Of a DNA stretch of 64,000 nt, positions 9,777 through 19,254 are shown piece after piece. The notes under the pieces were generated by a model, which saw only the letters and a program-made list of their open reading frames with translations, was not told the origin of the DNA and made no database searches. Origin of the DNA: a phage; assembly GCA_020381345.1 (NCBI GenBank), contig GCA_020381345.1_3636.1; one strand, 5' to 3'. Made by a program: the position numbers and the translations under genes. Each line of letters opens with the position of its first letter. The first letter of the stretch is position 1.

Positions 9777-11267
9777 GTGGCTAAGTATGGATTGACAGAG
9801 GCTGGTTTCGTTATACCAACCCTAAATGACCTAATCGTTGAAACTAAGCAAAGCCTGATCCGTGCTTTTGGCGAAAACTTCAACGTACAGAGTAACTCCG
9901 TTGCAGATAAGCTGACCACTATCTTCAACGAGCGAGAGTATCAACTTATTCTTATGGCAGCATCTGTATACGCATCACAGACGCTGTATGGGGCAGAAGG
10001 TATTTACCTGGATGAGCTTCTTGGAAGACAGGGTATTTACCGAAGAGGCCGTTCTAAATCATCAGGTACCTGCCAGTTGACGATCAACACAACTGTGCCG
10101 TACAATATGATTTATGATTCCAAAACTTATACGCTGGATAGTGGCAACTTTGTTCTTAGCAATGATGTGCAAGTGGCAGGGAATCTTATTGCCCACAGAA
10201 TAAATGCTCCAGACCTGAGGATTGGTAAATACAACTTTCAAATTACCAACCAGACAGATGGAAGTATCAAAACAAAAAGTTTGGTTTTAACAGATAAGGC
10301 TCTGGACTCTTCTGATCTGCCAAGCTTTTACGGAGAGATTAAGCAATTCATTGTCGATAATACAACCCTGTTGAACGACGATTTGATTCAGATCGATATG
10401 TTGACAGGAACGTTGTGGATAGGGTACAATTCGAATCTTGATCAAGTTGGACTTAATAGTAGGGTAGATTTCAGAGTATCCCCGATTGTAGGGGAAAGAA
10501 CTATCACACTGGATGTTATCGCTAACGAGGCTGGTGAGCTGTCAAGAGAAGCAGAAACCGTGACAACAATGTCACCTACTCCTAGTGGATTTATCAAGCT
10601 TACCAACCGAGAAAGATTCAATGAGGGCAGGGATGTTGAGAAAGACTCAGAGTATCGCTTAAGAGCTTCCAGCACAAAACAGTTAACATCTAAGGCTACC
10701 CGTCCTGCAATCCTTAGCGCTGTAAGCGAGGTGAAAGGTGTTGAGAAAGTGAGAGTGTTCTCCAACAACACCGATAAAACTGATGCTAAAGGTATACCTC
10801 CTTACAAGTTCCAAGTGGTTGTGTTTGGTGGTGCAACGGAAGACATTTGCCAAGCACTTTACCAAACTATAGCCTGTACGAACAGGACTTATGGTAATAT
10901 TTTCTACGATGTCACTACATCTGACGGTCAAACTGAAAGAATTTATTACTCCAAGGCAAACACCTACCGCCTGGATATGAGAATTACCTACTCCGGTGCT
11001 GCGCTTTCTACAACCGAAAAAGATGCCATTATAGAGGCTCTTTTGCAGGTTGTTAACGGACTGGATGTTGCAGATACGTTGTATAATATCCAATTGGTAG
11101 GTGCTGCATCTGCTGCTGTGTCAATAGGCAGATTTAATAGACTGGTAATTCAAGTTAAATCCGTAGGAGCTTCTGATGAAGCTTACACTACAAACGATAT
11201 TGTTGCGAACATGACCGAGGTGTTTGACCTCGACGAAAGTAATATAACTTTCCAACAAACTATTTAA
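9777..11267 (+). CDS. baseplate J-like (wedge) protein
   Basis: GTG start with GGAGG RBS; N-terminal segment LDELLGRQGIYRRGRSKSSGTCQLTI resembles the conserved baseplate-J family motif; followed by I-like, fibre and Tfa genes as in P2-type baseplate modules. Confidence 0.5.
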   Translation: MAKYGLTEAGFVIPTLNDLIVETKQSLIRAFGENFNVQSNSVADKLTTIFNEREYQLILMAASVYASQTLYGAEGIYLDELLGRQGIYRRGRSKSSGTCQLTINTTVPYNMIYDSKTYTLDSGNFVLSNDVQVAGNLIAHRINAPDLRIGKYNFQITNQTDGSIKTKSLVLTDKALDSSDLPSFYGEIKQFIVDNTTLLNDDLIQIDMLTGTLWIGYNSNLDQVGLNSRVDFRVSPIVGERTITLDVIANEAGELSREAETVTTMSPTPSGFIKLTNRERFNEGRDVEKDSEYRLRASSTKQLTSKATRPAILSAVSEVKGVEKVRVFSNNTDKTDAKGIPPYKFQVVVFGGATEDICQALYQTIACTNRTYGNIFYDVTTSDGQTERIYYSKANTYRLDMRITYSGAALSTTEKDAIIEALLQVVNGLDVADTLYNIQLVGAASAAVSIGRFNRLVIQVKSVGASDEAYTTNDIVANMTEVFDLDESNITFQQTI

Positions 11268-11278
11268 GGCGGCGAGAT

Positions 11279-11965
11279 ATGGCAGAGATTAAGTCGGATG
11301 TTAACCACATCCACACTCTGCCAGATTTTGTTCAGGGAGGTCTTGACTACCTACCTGGAGATTTTCTGGCTGAGAAGGTTAATTTAGTCACATTCTTAAC
11401 CGTATACCTTAAAAGGTTGGAGGATGTTGATAAGATGCTGGTAGGTTTGGCTGAAGGAAGATTGCTTAACAATGCCAGCGGAAGATACCTTGACGAAGTT
11501 GGTAATCAACTTGGTATTCTTAGGAATGGACTTTCAGATGCTGATTTTCGTGCCACACTAATTATTCAGCAGGCCGCAGCATCAAGGGGCGGGACTCGCG
11601 AAGATGTCATCTCCACCTTGCGACAATTGTTCGGAAGAGACAATTTCGATACGTGGAAAGGAGACAACTTCAGGTTTGACATAAATATTAGAAAAACTTG
11701 CTTTGACATATTGCAGTCTATCGATCAGATCTTAGATATGCTACCATTACCTTGTCATTTACGTCTTACAGAATCGCAAGGGCAAGCTTTTGGTTTTGAA
11801 GGGGACTCTACAGCTCTTGGCTTCGGATCAGTGTGGGAAGAAAGCCAATTCGGAGTTGGTGGGCTGGCTACTTTGCTATATGTTCCTGACGTAAGACCTG
11901 ATTGGGACACCACAACCATTTATTGTGAAAGTATTACAGTAAACGCAACTAGACAGGAGGGTTAA
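11279..11965 (+). CDS. baseplate protein (gpI-like position), hypothetical
   Basis: 228 aa ORF immediately downstream of J-like gene. Confidence 0.35.
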   Translation: MAEIKSDVNHIHTLPDFVQGGLDYLPGDFLAEKVNLVTFLTVYLKRLEDVDKMLVGLAEGRLLNNASGRYLDEVGNQLGILRNGLSDADFRATLIIQQAAASRGGTREDVISTLRQLFGRDNFDTWKGDNFRFDINIRKTCFDILQSIDQILDMLPLPCHLRLTESQGQAFGFEGDSTALGFGSVWEESQFGVGGLATLLYVPDVRPDWDTTTIYCESITVNATRQEG

Positions 11966-14037
11966 TGGCAACAGCTGTTTTTAAACCTTACCGTGATTAC
12001 TCTACAATGGCTGCACAGTTTCATTACCGAACAGTTCAGGATACTGCCGTTCCTGGTAGGGATTATAATCATGTTGAGGGCGATGTAACTATCCCAATTG
12101 GGGCAACCAGTATTGAGATCCCCGTGGAAATTGTTGACAAATTACCCAACAGGTTGCCAAGAAGCTTCTTTATGGAGTTTTCATCAAAATCTCAAGGGGT
12201 GATGATTGGAACACAAAGGGCGAAATGTACAATAGTTTCAGATGAGAATCTTGACAGGATATCTTGGGATACTGTTGAGGAGAGAATGTTTCACCCAAGG
12301 TATTGGGTTACAACTACTCAGCAGACTGAAAGTACCTGTATTGTTGCAGATAACAACTGTTGTATTAACCGTTTAGTGTCAAGAACATATGGAGGTATGG
12401 CTGGGTGCATTTGGGAAACAGTTGACAAGTATGACCATTTCGGTATTGGGTTTGATGATCACTATGAGATGAGAAACACCAAGCTTTGGTTCAGAATGTC
12501 AATAACCAATGCCAGCAACTTCTCCACCCCTGAAAAGATGATTATGACTGTAGACCTTGTTGATGGCACAATCATCTATGTTCCTTTAGCTCAATATGCT
12601 GTCAGCATCTCAGAGGATAAGAATGTTGCAGAGATTCATATTGATTTCGAGGACTGCGTCGGGATGGATCAGAACAACAACATGATGGGTGTTGATCCTC
12701 GACAGGTGAGAAGGATTTTAATACCGCTTATGCCTAAAGACTGGGTAAGTAATAGCACAGACCCGAGAACGGAAAATGTAGAGTGTGAGTTACGCCTAGA
12801 TCTGCTTCAGCCAGACACAGGCTGGAAAATGATGCAACTTAACAATATTCAGGTTAAAGAGCACGACGTTGGGATCTGCACCGCATATGACGATATGTGG
12901 AACGTATCTCCTTTAAGGGTGTTGAACAATATCAAGCGTCTGGGCTATACCGGAACCATAAACCATTATGTTGGTATGAGTCATTATTATGACTACACAT
13001 GGTCAGGAACCCAATGGTCTATAAACAGAACAGGGGCGCTAAACGCTGCAGCTTATAAATGGCATGATGATTTTATGTACAATGCCAAACGACATAACTT
13101 CGACGTTATGCAGTCTGTAAGTTTTGAGCTTTATAGCGATGCCTGCCCGTTGGAATGGACCCAAAGAGACTGGAATGATAACTACGCTAAAACAGGATAT
13201 ACACCTTGTAGCTACCTCCTGTCTCCAACCATTGAAGAGGGTATGAATTTCCTTACTGCAGTATTTAAGAATTTTGCATCAGCCGCTATGAGAAACAACC
13301 TGCCAGTGATTATGCAGGTTGGTGAACCGTGGTGGTGGTACAATACCGATACTCGTAGACCTTGTATTTATGATTACCCTACAAAGCAGGCGTTTTATGA
13401 TGAGACAGGTGAGTATGCATTAGATATTGGGACTATTGACGATCCTAAAACTGGCGGTGTTTACGACAAGTATGTAGCATTTTGTCGTGGTAAGCTTGGC
13501 GCTCGTATTGCGGCTATTTCAAAGGCAATAAAGGCACACGCTGCATCAGCTCAGATGACAGCTTTGCTGTTTTTCCCAACCATCATGGAAACCGAGCTTA
13601 CGCAAAAGCTGAACCTTGCTGACCAATATAAAAAGGAAGCAGGTGCTCTTGATTTCTTCTGCACCGAGTGCTACGATTGGGTGATGCAGGGAGGTATTGA
13701 AAAGGCAAAAGAGTCTGTAAACATACCTATCGTTAAGTTAGGTTGGCAACCGTCTGAAATACAATACCTTGCAGGGTTCGTTCCTAGTAAAGAGCTTGCT
13801 CCGGTATATGGCTACGACCCAACCAGGAATTACCAAGAATTTTTATGGAGATGTATTTGCGGAAACATGGCAACTATAGAGTATAGATACCCTGAGGTAA
13901 AACAGTATGTGTGGGCATACCCGCAAGTAATGTCTGACAGCATCACTGTTACCGCTAGAGATTCTACCGTGCTTCATATGGGGCAGGTTGCTCTGAAAGG
14001 GTATGTAGAGGATGTTGTCCCGCCAGACTTCTCATAA
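11965..14037 (+). CDS. large baseplate/fibre-associated protein, Trp/Tyr-rich, possible carbohydrate-active domain
   Basis: GGAGGG RBS; 690 aa; aromatic-rich segments (VGEPWWWYN) suggestive of a sugar-binding or hydrolase fold, inference only. Confidence 0.4.
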   Translation: MATAVFKPYRDYSTMAAQFHYRTVQDTAVPGRDYNHVEGDVTIPIGATSIEIPVEIVDKLPNRLPRSFFMEFSSKSQGVMIGTQRAKCTIVSDENLDRISWDTVEERMFHPRYWVTTTQQTESTCIVADNNCCINRLVSRTYGGMAGCIWETVDKYDHFGIGFDDHYEMRNTKLWFRMSITNASNFSTPEKMIMTVDLVDGTIIYVPLAQYAVSISEDKNVAEIHIDFEDCVGMDQNNNMMGVDPRQVRRILIPLMPKDWVSNSTDPRTENVECELRLDLLQPDTGWKMMQLNNIQVKEHDVGICTAYDDMWNVSPLRVLNNIKRLGYTGTINHYVGMSHYYDYTWSGTQWSINRTGALNAAAYKWHDDFMYNAKRHNFDVMQSVSFELYSDACPLEWTQRDWNDNYAKTGYTPCSYLLSPTIEEGMNFLTAVFKNFASAAMRNNLPVIMQVGEPWWWYNTDTRRPCIYDYPTKQAFYDETGEYALDIGTIDDPKTGGVYDKYVAFCRGKLGARIAAISKAIKAHAASAQMTALLFFPTIMETELTQKLNLADQYKKEAGALDFFCTECYDWVMQGGIEKAKESVNIPIVKLGWQPSEIQYLAGFVPSKELAPVYGYDPTRNYQEFLWRCICGNMATIEYRYPEVKQYVWAYPQVMSDSITVTARDSTVLHMGQVALKGYVEDVVPPDFS

Positions 14038-14049
14038 TCAGGAGATAAA

Positions 14050-15090
14050 ATGTCAAAACCTAGTTTTCCATTAGAGATTTGGGCAGAGGAGGATCAGGTT
14101 CTGCCTAACACCCACAGACAGAACAGGCTACGCCCGATTGATGATTTGTGGAGAAAAGGTTGGGATCTTGGTCAAAAGCCCTCATGTGAAGAACTTAACT
14201 ATATTTTCAATATGCTCGGAACTTGGGCAAAATACATTGCTGACGAGCAGATCCCCGCTCAAGAAGGCCGTTATCTGGTACGTGATAATAACTTGAGTGA
14301 TCTTTTGAACATTCCTGTTGCCCGTAGAAACCTTGGGATTATTACTAAGGAAGAGGCAGACGCCAGGTATGTAAAAGTTACAGGTGATACAATGACAGGC
14401 CCATTGGGTTTGCAACGTATCAACTTTAAAGCTGCCGAGACAGATAAGGCTTGGATAGAGACAACTATTGGCCCAGATAAGACAACTCTCGACTTTGGGT
14501 TAAGTGATAATACCGGGTCGTTTGATGATGGTGGTACATCTACAGTAGATGCGTTTCGTTGGAGATTCCAGCCAACTCAGCCGGATATTAATCCAGAGTT
14601 CACTTTGATGTACCTTAACGCGATCACGGCTAACCGTGCGCTGTTGAAAGTGGTCGGCAATGTTGAAGTTGTCGATAACATGAGGTGTAATAACCTTACT
14701 ATCAGCAATACAGCAACATTCACCAACTGTAATGTGGCTAGTCAGTTGACGACTGGGTCAGTGTATGTTAATGGTGGTGCAAGTTGTGACAGTATGGTTG
14801 TAAGAAGTCAGCACTGTGTTGTCGGTAACAGAAATGTGGTGCGCTCTGTGAATGGAGTGACGGCTAACGGTAACGGTGATGTAACAATCACTATCCCGCA
14901 GACAGGTGTGCAAGACATCAGAATCGGTGCAAGACTTGTTGACGGCGTTTCTGAATCTCCAATTCGCAACGGCTACGTTGTCACAGGCTGGCATTTCGGT
15001 GACAAAAAAGAGATGCGTGGTTCAACCTACTGGGCAGGACCTTTACAAAAACTTGTAAATGGTCAATGGATCACTGTTAATTATGCATAG
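14050..15090 (+). CDS. tail fibre protein (P2 gpH-like C-terminus)
   Basis: RBS AGGAGA; C-terminus GPLQKLVNGQWITVNYA resembles the conserved C-terminal end of P2 H-type fibres (..IQKYINGTWYNVAQV); paralog of 16105..17148. Confidence 0.6.
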   Translation: MSKPSFPLEIWAEEDQVLPNTHRQNRLRPIDDLWRKGWDLGQKPSCEELNYIFNMLGTWAKYIADEQIPAQEGRYLVRDNNLSDLLNIPVARRNLGIITKEEADARYVKVTGDTMTGPLGLQRINFKAAETDKAWIETTIGPDKTTLDFGLSDNTGSFDDGGTSTVDAFRWRFQPTQPDINPEFTLMYLNAITANRALLKVVGNVEVVDNMRCNNLTISNTATFTNCNVASQLTTGSVYVNGGASCDSMVVRSQHCVVGNRNVVRSVNGVTANGNGDVTITIPQTGVQDIRIGARLVDGVSESPIRNGYVVTGWHFGDKKEMRGSTYWAGPLQKLVNGQWITVNYA

Positions 15091-15104
15091 ATCGGAGGAC
15101 TAGC

Positions 15105-15689
15105 ATGAAAATACTTCAAGAGTTTAAACTTTACCAACCGGGATCTGGCGAATACCACGCCAACAAGGAAACCAAGGAGCTGACCCCCCAAGAGGTTGAG
15201 GATTACACCGCATACACTGGGTATTTTTTACGTAATGATGATGGAGATTGGTATGTGCAGTCACGAACATTACGACAAGAAAATCCGGGTTGTATCTTCC
15301 TACTTGTTGACGAGAAGGGAATTCTTAAGACATCTACAGAAGAACCTGATGCCTTATGGCCTGCTCCAGGTCTTCGTGTGGTTATCGCCAAAAAAGAAGA
15401 GGTACCAGAAAACATTATGCTTCACCACGACGCTTTGCGTTTAGTTGGTGATGAATTTGTCACAGATAATGAATTCTTTGTTCAACAGGCAGAGGGTGTC
15501 ATAGAGACAGAACTTGCTTGGGCTACTGCTAGAATTGGTGCCTATCAAGACATGATTGACCTTGAATATGATCTTACTGATGACCAGAAACGTAACATCA
15601 GAGATTTGAAAATGTACAGGGTAAAACTTCTTGAAATAGATACATCTAAAGCCCCTGACATTTTCTTCCCGGAGCGACCTACCCTCTAA
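15105..15689 (+). CDS. tail fibre assembly chaperone (Tfa-like)
   Basis: Immediately downstream of fibre; C-terminal motif YRVKLLEIDTSKAPDIFFPERP matches the Tfa family signature (YR..L..D.S.APDI.WP..P). Confidence 0.55.
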   Translation: MKILQEFKLYQPGSGEYHANKETKELTPQEVEDYTAYTGYFLRNDDGDWYVQSRTLRQENPGCIFLLVDEKGILKTSTEEPDALWPAPGLRVVIAKKEEVPENIMLHHDALRLVGDEFVTDNEFFVQQAEGVIETELAWATARIGAYQDMIDLEYDLTDDQKRNIRDLKMYRVKLLEIDTSKAPDIFFPERPTL

Positions 15690-15700
15690 GAGGAGGTGTT

Positions 15701-16015
15701 GTGGAGTTGGATTTGGCGGCATTGTACGGTATCTGCATGGGTACCGTTGTCCCGATCTGTGTATGGGCTTTCAACCAGTGGCACACCAAATGGAAAGGCA
15801 TTTCCAAGAGGTTGGATGAACTGGAGAAAGACCTCATCTTAGTGAAAAACAGTATGGTTACAAAAGATAAACTTGATTCCGTTATCGAGACCCGGTTAAG
15901 CAAGCTAGAGGCCGATATTAACGACCTTAAGCAGGATGTCAGGACAGATGTCTCCGGTATCCGAGCTGATGTACAAAAGATTTTGCACATGCTCGTAGAG
16001 CATAGTAAAAGGTAA
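15701..16015 (+). CDS. membrane-anchored coiled-coil protein (holin/spanin-like?)
   Basis: GTG start 4 nt after AGGAGG; N-terminal hydrophobic helix then coiled coil; function inferred only. Confidence 0.3.
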   Translation: MELDLAALYGICMGTVVPICVWAFNQWHTKWKGISKRLDELEKDLILVKNSMVTKDKLDSVIETRLSKLEADINDLKQDVRTDVSGIRADVQKILHMLVEHSKR

Positions 16016-16104
16016 ACAAAGGTCAGAACGGAAAGGACTCCGTTCTTGCATTTTGTTCTCTAAAGTGTTAAAATAGTCCTAAGGAATTTTCTCAGGAGAA
16101 CGCG

Positions 16105-17148
16105 ATGACTAAACCAGTTATCCCTCTTGATATTTGGGCCAATCAGGATGTTGTGCTTGAAAATACGGGAGAGTTGAATAAGTCTCAACCAAAAAAAGAA
16201 GAGAGATTGAAAGGTTGGGATATGACACAAAGAGTGGCATGTGAAGTTGTTAACTTTGAACTTCACATGCTTTCTGCGTGGTTAAAGCATCTAACAGAAG
16301 ATGTTGTCCCAGGATGGGATAATAGATTCTTAAGGGTTACTAATAATCTAGCAGACGTTCCAGACAAAGCTGCTGCACGTCAAGTTCTCAATGTATACTC
16401 GCCTGAAGAAATGGACGATCTGTATGTTGACAAGTCTGGAGACATAATGACTCAGACTCAAACTTTGGGCCTTCAAAGAATCGAGTTTGCATCTGCGTCA
16501 ACAGACAATGCGGCAATATATACCACCATAACCTCAGACAAGACGATGATGGATTTCTGGATTATGGACAACATTGGTGGTGCTGACGGCACAGATCTTG
16601 ATGATCCTTCTCACCAAATAGACGGGTTCCGTTGGAGATTTCAGCCTTCTGGTGGGCAGCCTGTGTTTTCGGCTATGAAGCTCAATGCTATAACTGCCAA
16701 CCGTGCAAGACTGGCTATCCAAGGAAATCTTGAATGCAACGATGCAAAAAGTTCCTCTGCAAATGCCAATGCGGTCACGATACCAAGAGCCACTGTTAAC
16801 GGACAACAATCCTGCGGAAGCGCTCAAATAGGTGGAAGAGTTGATTGTAACGATGAAACCGTTAGAGGCCAATATGCAACAGTTGGTGGAAGAAACGTGG
16901 TCCGCAGGGTAAATGGTAACAGCGCAGACGGTAGTGGTAACCTTACTATCCCTATGCCTAGTAGAGGGGTTGACGATGTAAGGATAGCAAACCGTTTCAA
17001 AACCACCTACAGAGAGTCAAGAGTCTACCCTGGACATGTGATGTGCTCTGGTAACTACGCTTATAAACACCCTTATCAAGGTGATTACTGGACAGGTGCT
17101 ATCCAAAAACTTGTAAACGGTCAATGGATCACTATATCTTATGCTTAA
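16105..17148 (+). CDS. tail fibre protein, paralog of 14050..15090
   Basis: N-terminus (KPVIPLDIWANQD...LKGWDM) and C-terminus (IQKLVNGQWITISYA) match the first fibre, middle region divergent. Confidence 0.6.
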   Translation: MTKPVIPLDIWANQDVVLENTGELNKSQPKKEERLKGWDMTQRVACEVVNFELHMLSAWLKHLTEDVVPGWDNRFLRVTNNLADVPDKAAARQVLNVYSPEEMDDLYVDKSGDIMTQTQTLGLQRIEFASASTDNAAIYTTITSDKTMMDFWIMDNIGGADGTDLDDPSHQIDGFRWRFQPSGGQPVFSAMKLNAITANRARLAIQGNLECNDAKSSSANANAVTIPRATVNGQQSCGSAQIGGRVDCNDETVRGQYATVGGRNVVRRVNGNSADGSGNLTIPMPSRGVDDVRIANRFKTTYRESRVYPGHVMCSGNYAYKHPYQGDYWTGAIQKLVNGQWITISYA

Positions 17149-17159
17149 AAAGAGGGTAA

Positions 17160-17426
17160 ATGAAACTAACTCAGTTTTTATGGGGATTGGTTGCGGCATC
17201 TGATGACCCTACGAAAGTGTCCCAATCTAAGCTATGGTCGAACATAGGCATGGCGGTGATGACTGGGGTGTTTATTCATATGGGGTATAATGATACGCTT
17301 CCTGAATGGTATGCGTGGATATACGCGCCTTCAGTAGCTTGCCCCCAGCTTATTAGCAAATTCATCTCGCTCCGGTGGGGTTGCCAGCACCCTGACCACG
17401 TTAAAAACGAAGAGCAAAAAGCTTAA
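17160..17426 (+). CDS. small hydrophobic protein
   Basis: RBS AGAGGG; 88 aa with hydrophobic segments. Confidence 0.3.
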   Translation: MKLTQFLWGLVAASDDPTKVSQSKLWSNIGMAVMTGVFIHMGYNDTLPEWYAWIYAPSVACPQLISKFISLRWGCQHPDHVKNEEQKA

Positions 17427-17435
17427 GGAGAAATC

Positions 17436-19181
17436 ATGGCGCAAGACATGACAAGCTTTGAGCAGGCGGTAGATCAAGTAATTGTTGATTCTGAACGTTT
17501 GCACTTGGTTGTCAACGGCAACGCTGTGGATGAAGTTGTCGTAGAGGATGGAACCACCATCCCTACGGTACGAAAAGCCATGCTTGACAACCTTTATTTT
17601 AAAACGCCACCGATCCCTTGGGCGTATGGTGCATCCACAACAGTTTTTAACCAGCTGTACGAGTTTAAAGGAGATACAGGTCCTCAGTGGTGGTACGCTC
17701 CCGCAGCATCAAAATCTAACCCTGTTAGAATGCCAGCAGATCCTTCACAATCTCCAAACTGGAGATTATATACCGACTCTGCAGTAATGGCAAAATACTA
17801 CGCAAAACTTAACAGCCCTAGGTTCGAAGGTGACCCGCGAGTACCTACACCTCCAATGGACGATAAGTCAGAGTCCATAGCAAACACAGAGTTTGTTGTT
17901 GACTATGTTGATAGCATATTTAAAGCCATGGAGGGGATGAAAGTTACTGTAGGGTCTTTGGTGGTAAAAGGTCTTACAGAACTCGCTAACACCATAGTCG
18001 GTGGCACCCTCACCTTACATGGGCCTGTTAATGGAGCAGATTCTACTGCACGCTTCAGGAATCTAATCCTCACGGCAAATACTTCTACACTTACTTTTGC
18101 GTGGAGCGATCCTAAGCATGCAGACTGGAGAAGCACAGAGCTGCAACCTCATGAAGTGTCCACCCACAGGATTATAGCTGACACTATAACTTCTGGGAAA
18201 CCAGTGGCTAATAATAACGATGTGCATTTTGATGGTCTAGGTAATAACTTTTTTGACTACGTGTACATTCGTGGTAATGCCATGAAGGCAGCAACCGAAC
18301 CGACATTACAGGTTGATGGGACCACCAGGGTTAAGAACCTTGAGGTGACAGGTACTGTTACAGGGATAACCTACTCTGTCGATGGCACCATGATCTACCC
18401 TAGCTATATTGAAAGCACGGGTGACGCATTAATAAATGGTGATTTGGAGGTTGGTGGATCTGTAGTTATTCGAGGTACAGCCTCTATCCAAAACATAGCT
18501 CTGAATACCTTAAGAGTTAATGAGCGTGCAACTTTTGAAGGAGAAGGGCTTACAGCTAATAAAGGTACAATTACCGAGCTGACAACCACCACTTTAACTG
18601 CAACAACTACAAACTCTGAAAACTGCAACGTTACCCGAAACTTGCAGGTAAATGGAGATGTTAGTTTAAACGCAGCAGGTACGGGCACCACCTACCTTCA
18701 CAACCTTGAAATATCCGGCACAGTGACTGGGTGGCTGCCAGACTTCTCTAATGTCAACTTTGTTTGTAATGGCATTAACTCCAGCGGTAAGATAACCACC
18801 TCTCAAGAAATTGAGGCTGGTAAAACCATTACTGCCCCTACTTTCCACGCAGGAAAGGTAGATTTTGATTTAGAGGAGGTTGACGCGTCCAGTGGGACAT
18901 GGACACCTAACGGGCAGGCCAGTATGTATGTTGTCCACGCTAAAGGGGATTTTACAATAGGGCAGTGGCCTGGTACATCAGCGGAAGATAAACCTTATCC
19001 ATTCACTGCAGTTATCTATGTCATTCAGGATGCTGTAGGTCACAACGTGACTTTGCACGATAAGTATGCTATCCTGTCGGCAACACCTGTTATTAACAAC
19101 AAGGCTAACAGTGTTACCCTGCTGCAATTAACATATTGTGGTGTTGGTGATATCGTAGACGTAGTAATTGCACAACGTTAA
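17436..19181 (+). CDS. tail fibre / receptor-binding protein
   Basis: AAGGAG RBS; 581 aa; Thr/Gly/Asn-rich repetitive beta-type sequence typical of fibres; terminator follows. Confidence 0.5.
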   Translation: MAQDMTSFEQAVDQVIVDSERLHLVVNGNAVDEVVVEDGTTIPTVRKAMLDNLYFKTPPIPWAYGASTTVFNQLYEFKGDTGPQWWYAPAASKSNPVRMPADPSQSPNWRLYTDSAVMAKYYAKLNSPRFEGDPRVPTPPMDDKSESIANTEFVVDYVDSIFKAMEGMKVTVGSLVVKGLTELANTIVGGTLTLHGPVNGADSTARFRNLILTANTSTLTFAWSDPKHADWRSTELQPHEVSTHRIIADTITSGKPVANNNDVHFDGLGNNFFDYVYIRGNAMKAATEPTLQVDGTTRVKNLEVTGTVTGITYSVDGTMIYPSYIESTGDALINGDLEVGGSVVIRGTASIQNIALNTLRVNERATFEGEGLTANKGTITELTTTTLTATTTNSENCNVTRNLQVNGDVSLNAAGTGTTYLHNLEISGTVTGWLPDFSNVNFVCNGINSSGKITTSQEIEAGKTITAPTFHAGKVDFDLEEVDASSGTWTPNGQASMYVVHAKGDFTIGQWPGTSAEDKPYPFTAVIYVIQDAVGHNVTLHDKYAILSATPVINNKANSVTLLQLTYCGVGDIVDVVIAQR

Positions 19182-19188
19182 TATATCT

Positions 19189-19217
19189 AACCGCTCCTGA
19201 CGGGGCGGTTTTCTTAT
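19189..19217 (+). terminator. rho-independent terminator
   Basis: AACCGC...GCGGTT hairpin then TTTCTT. Confidence 0.5.
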
Positions 19218-19254
19218 CTGGAGAACACAATGCTTCCAATCCCTTTGCTAAAAC

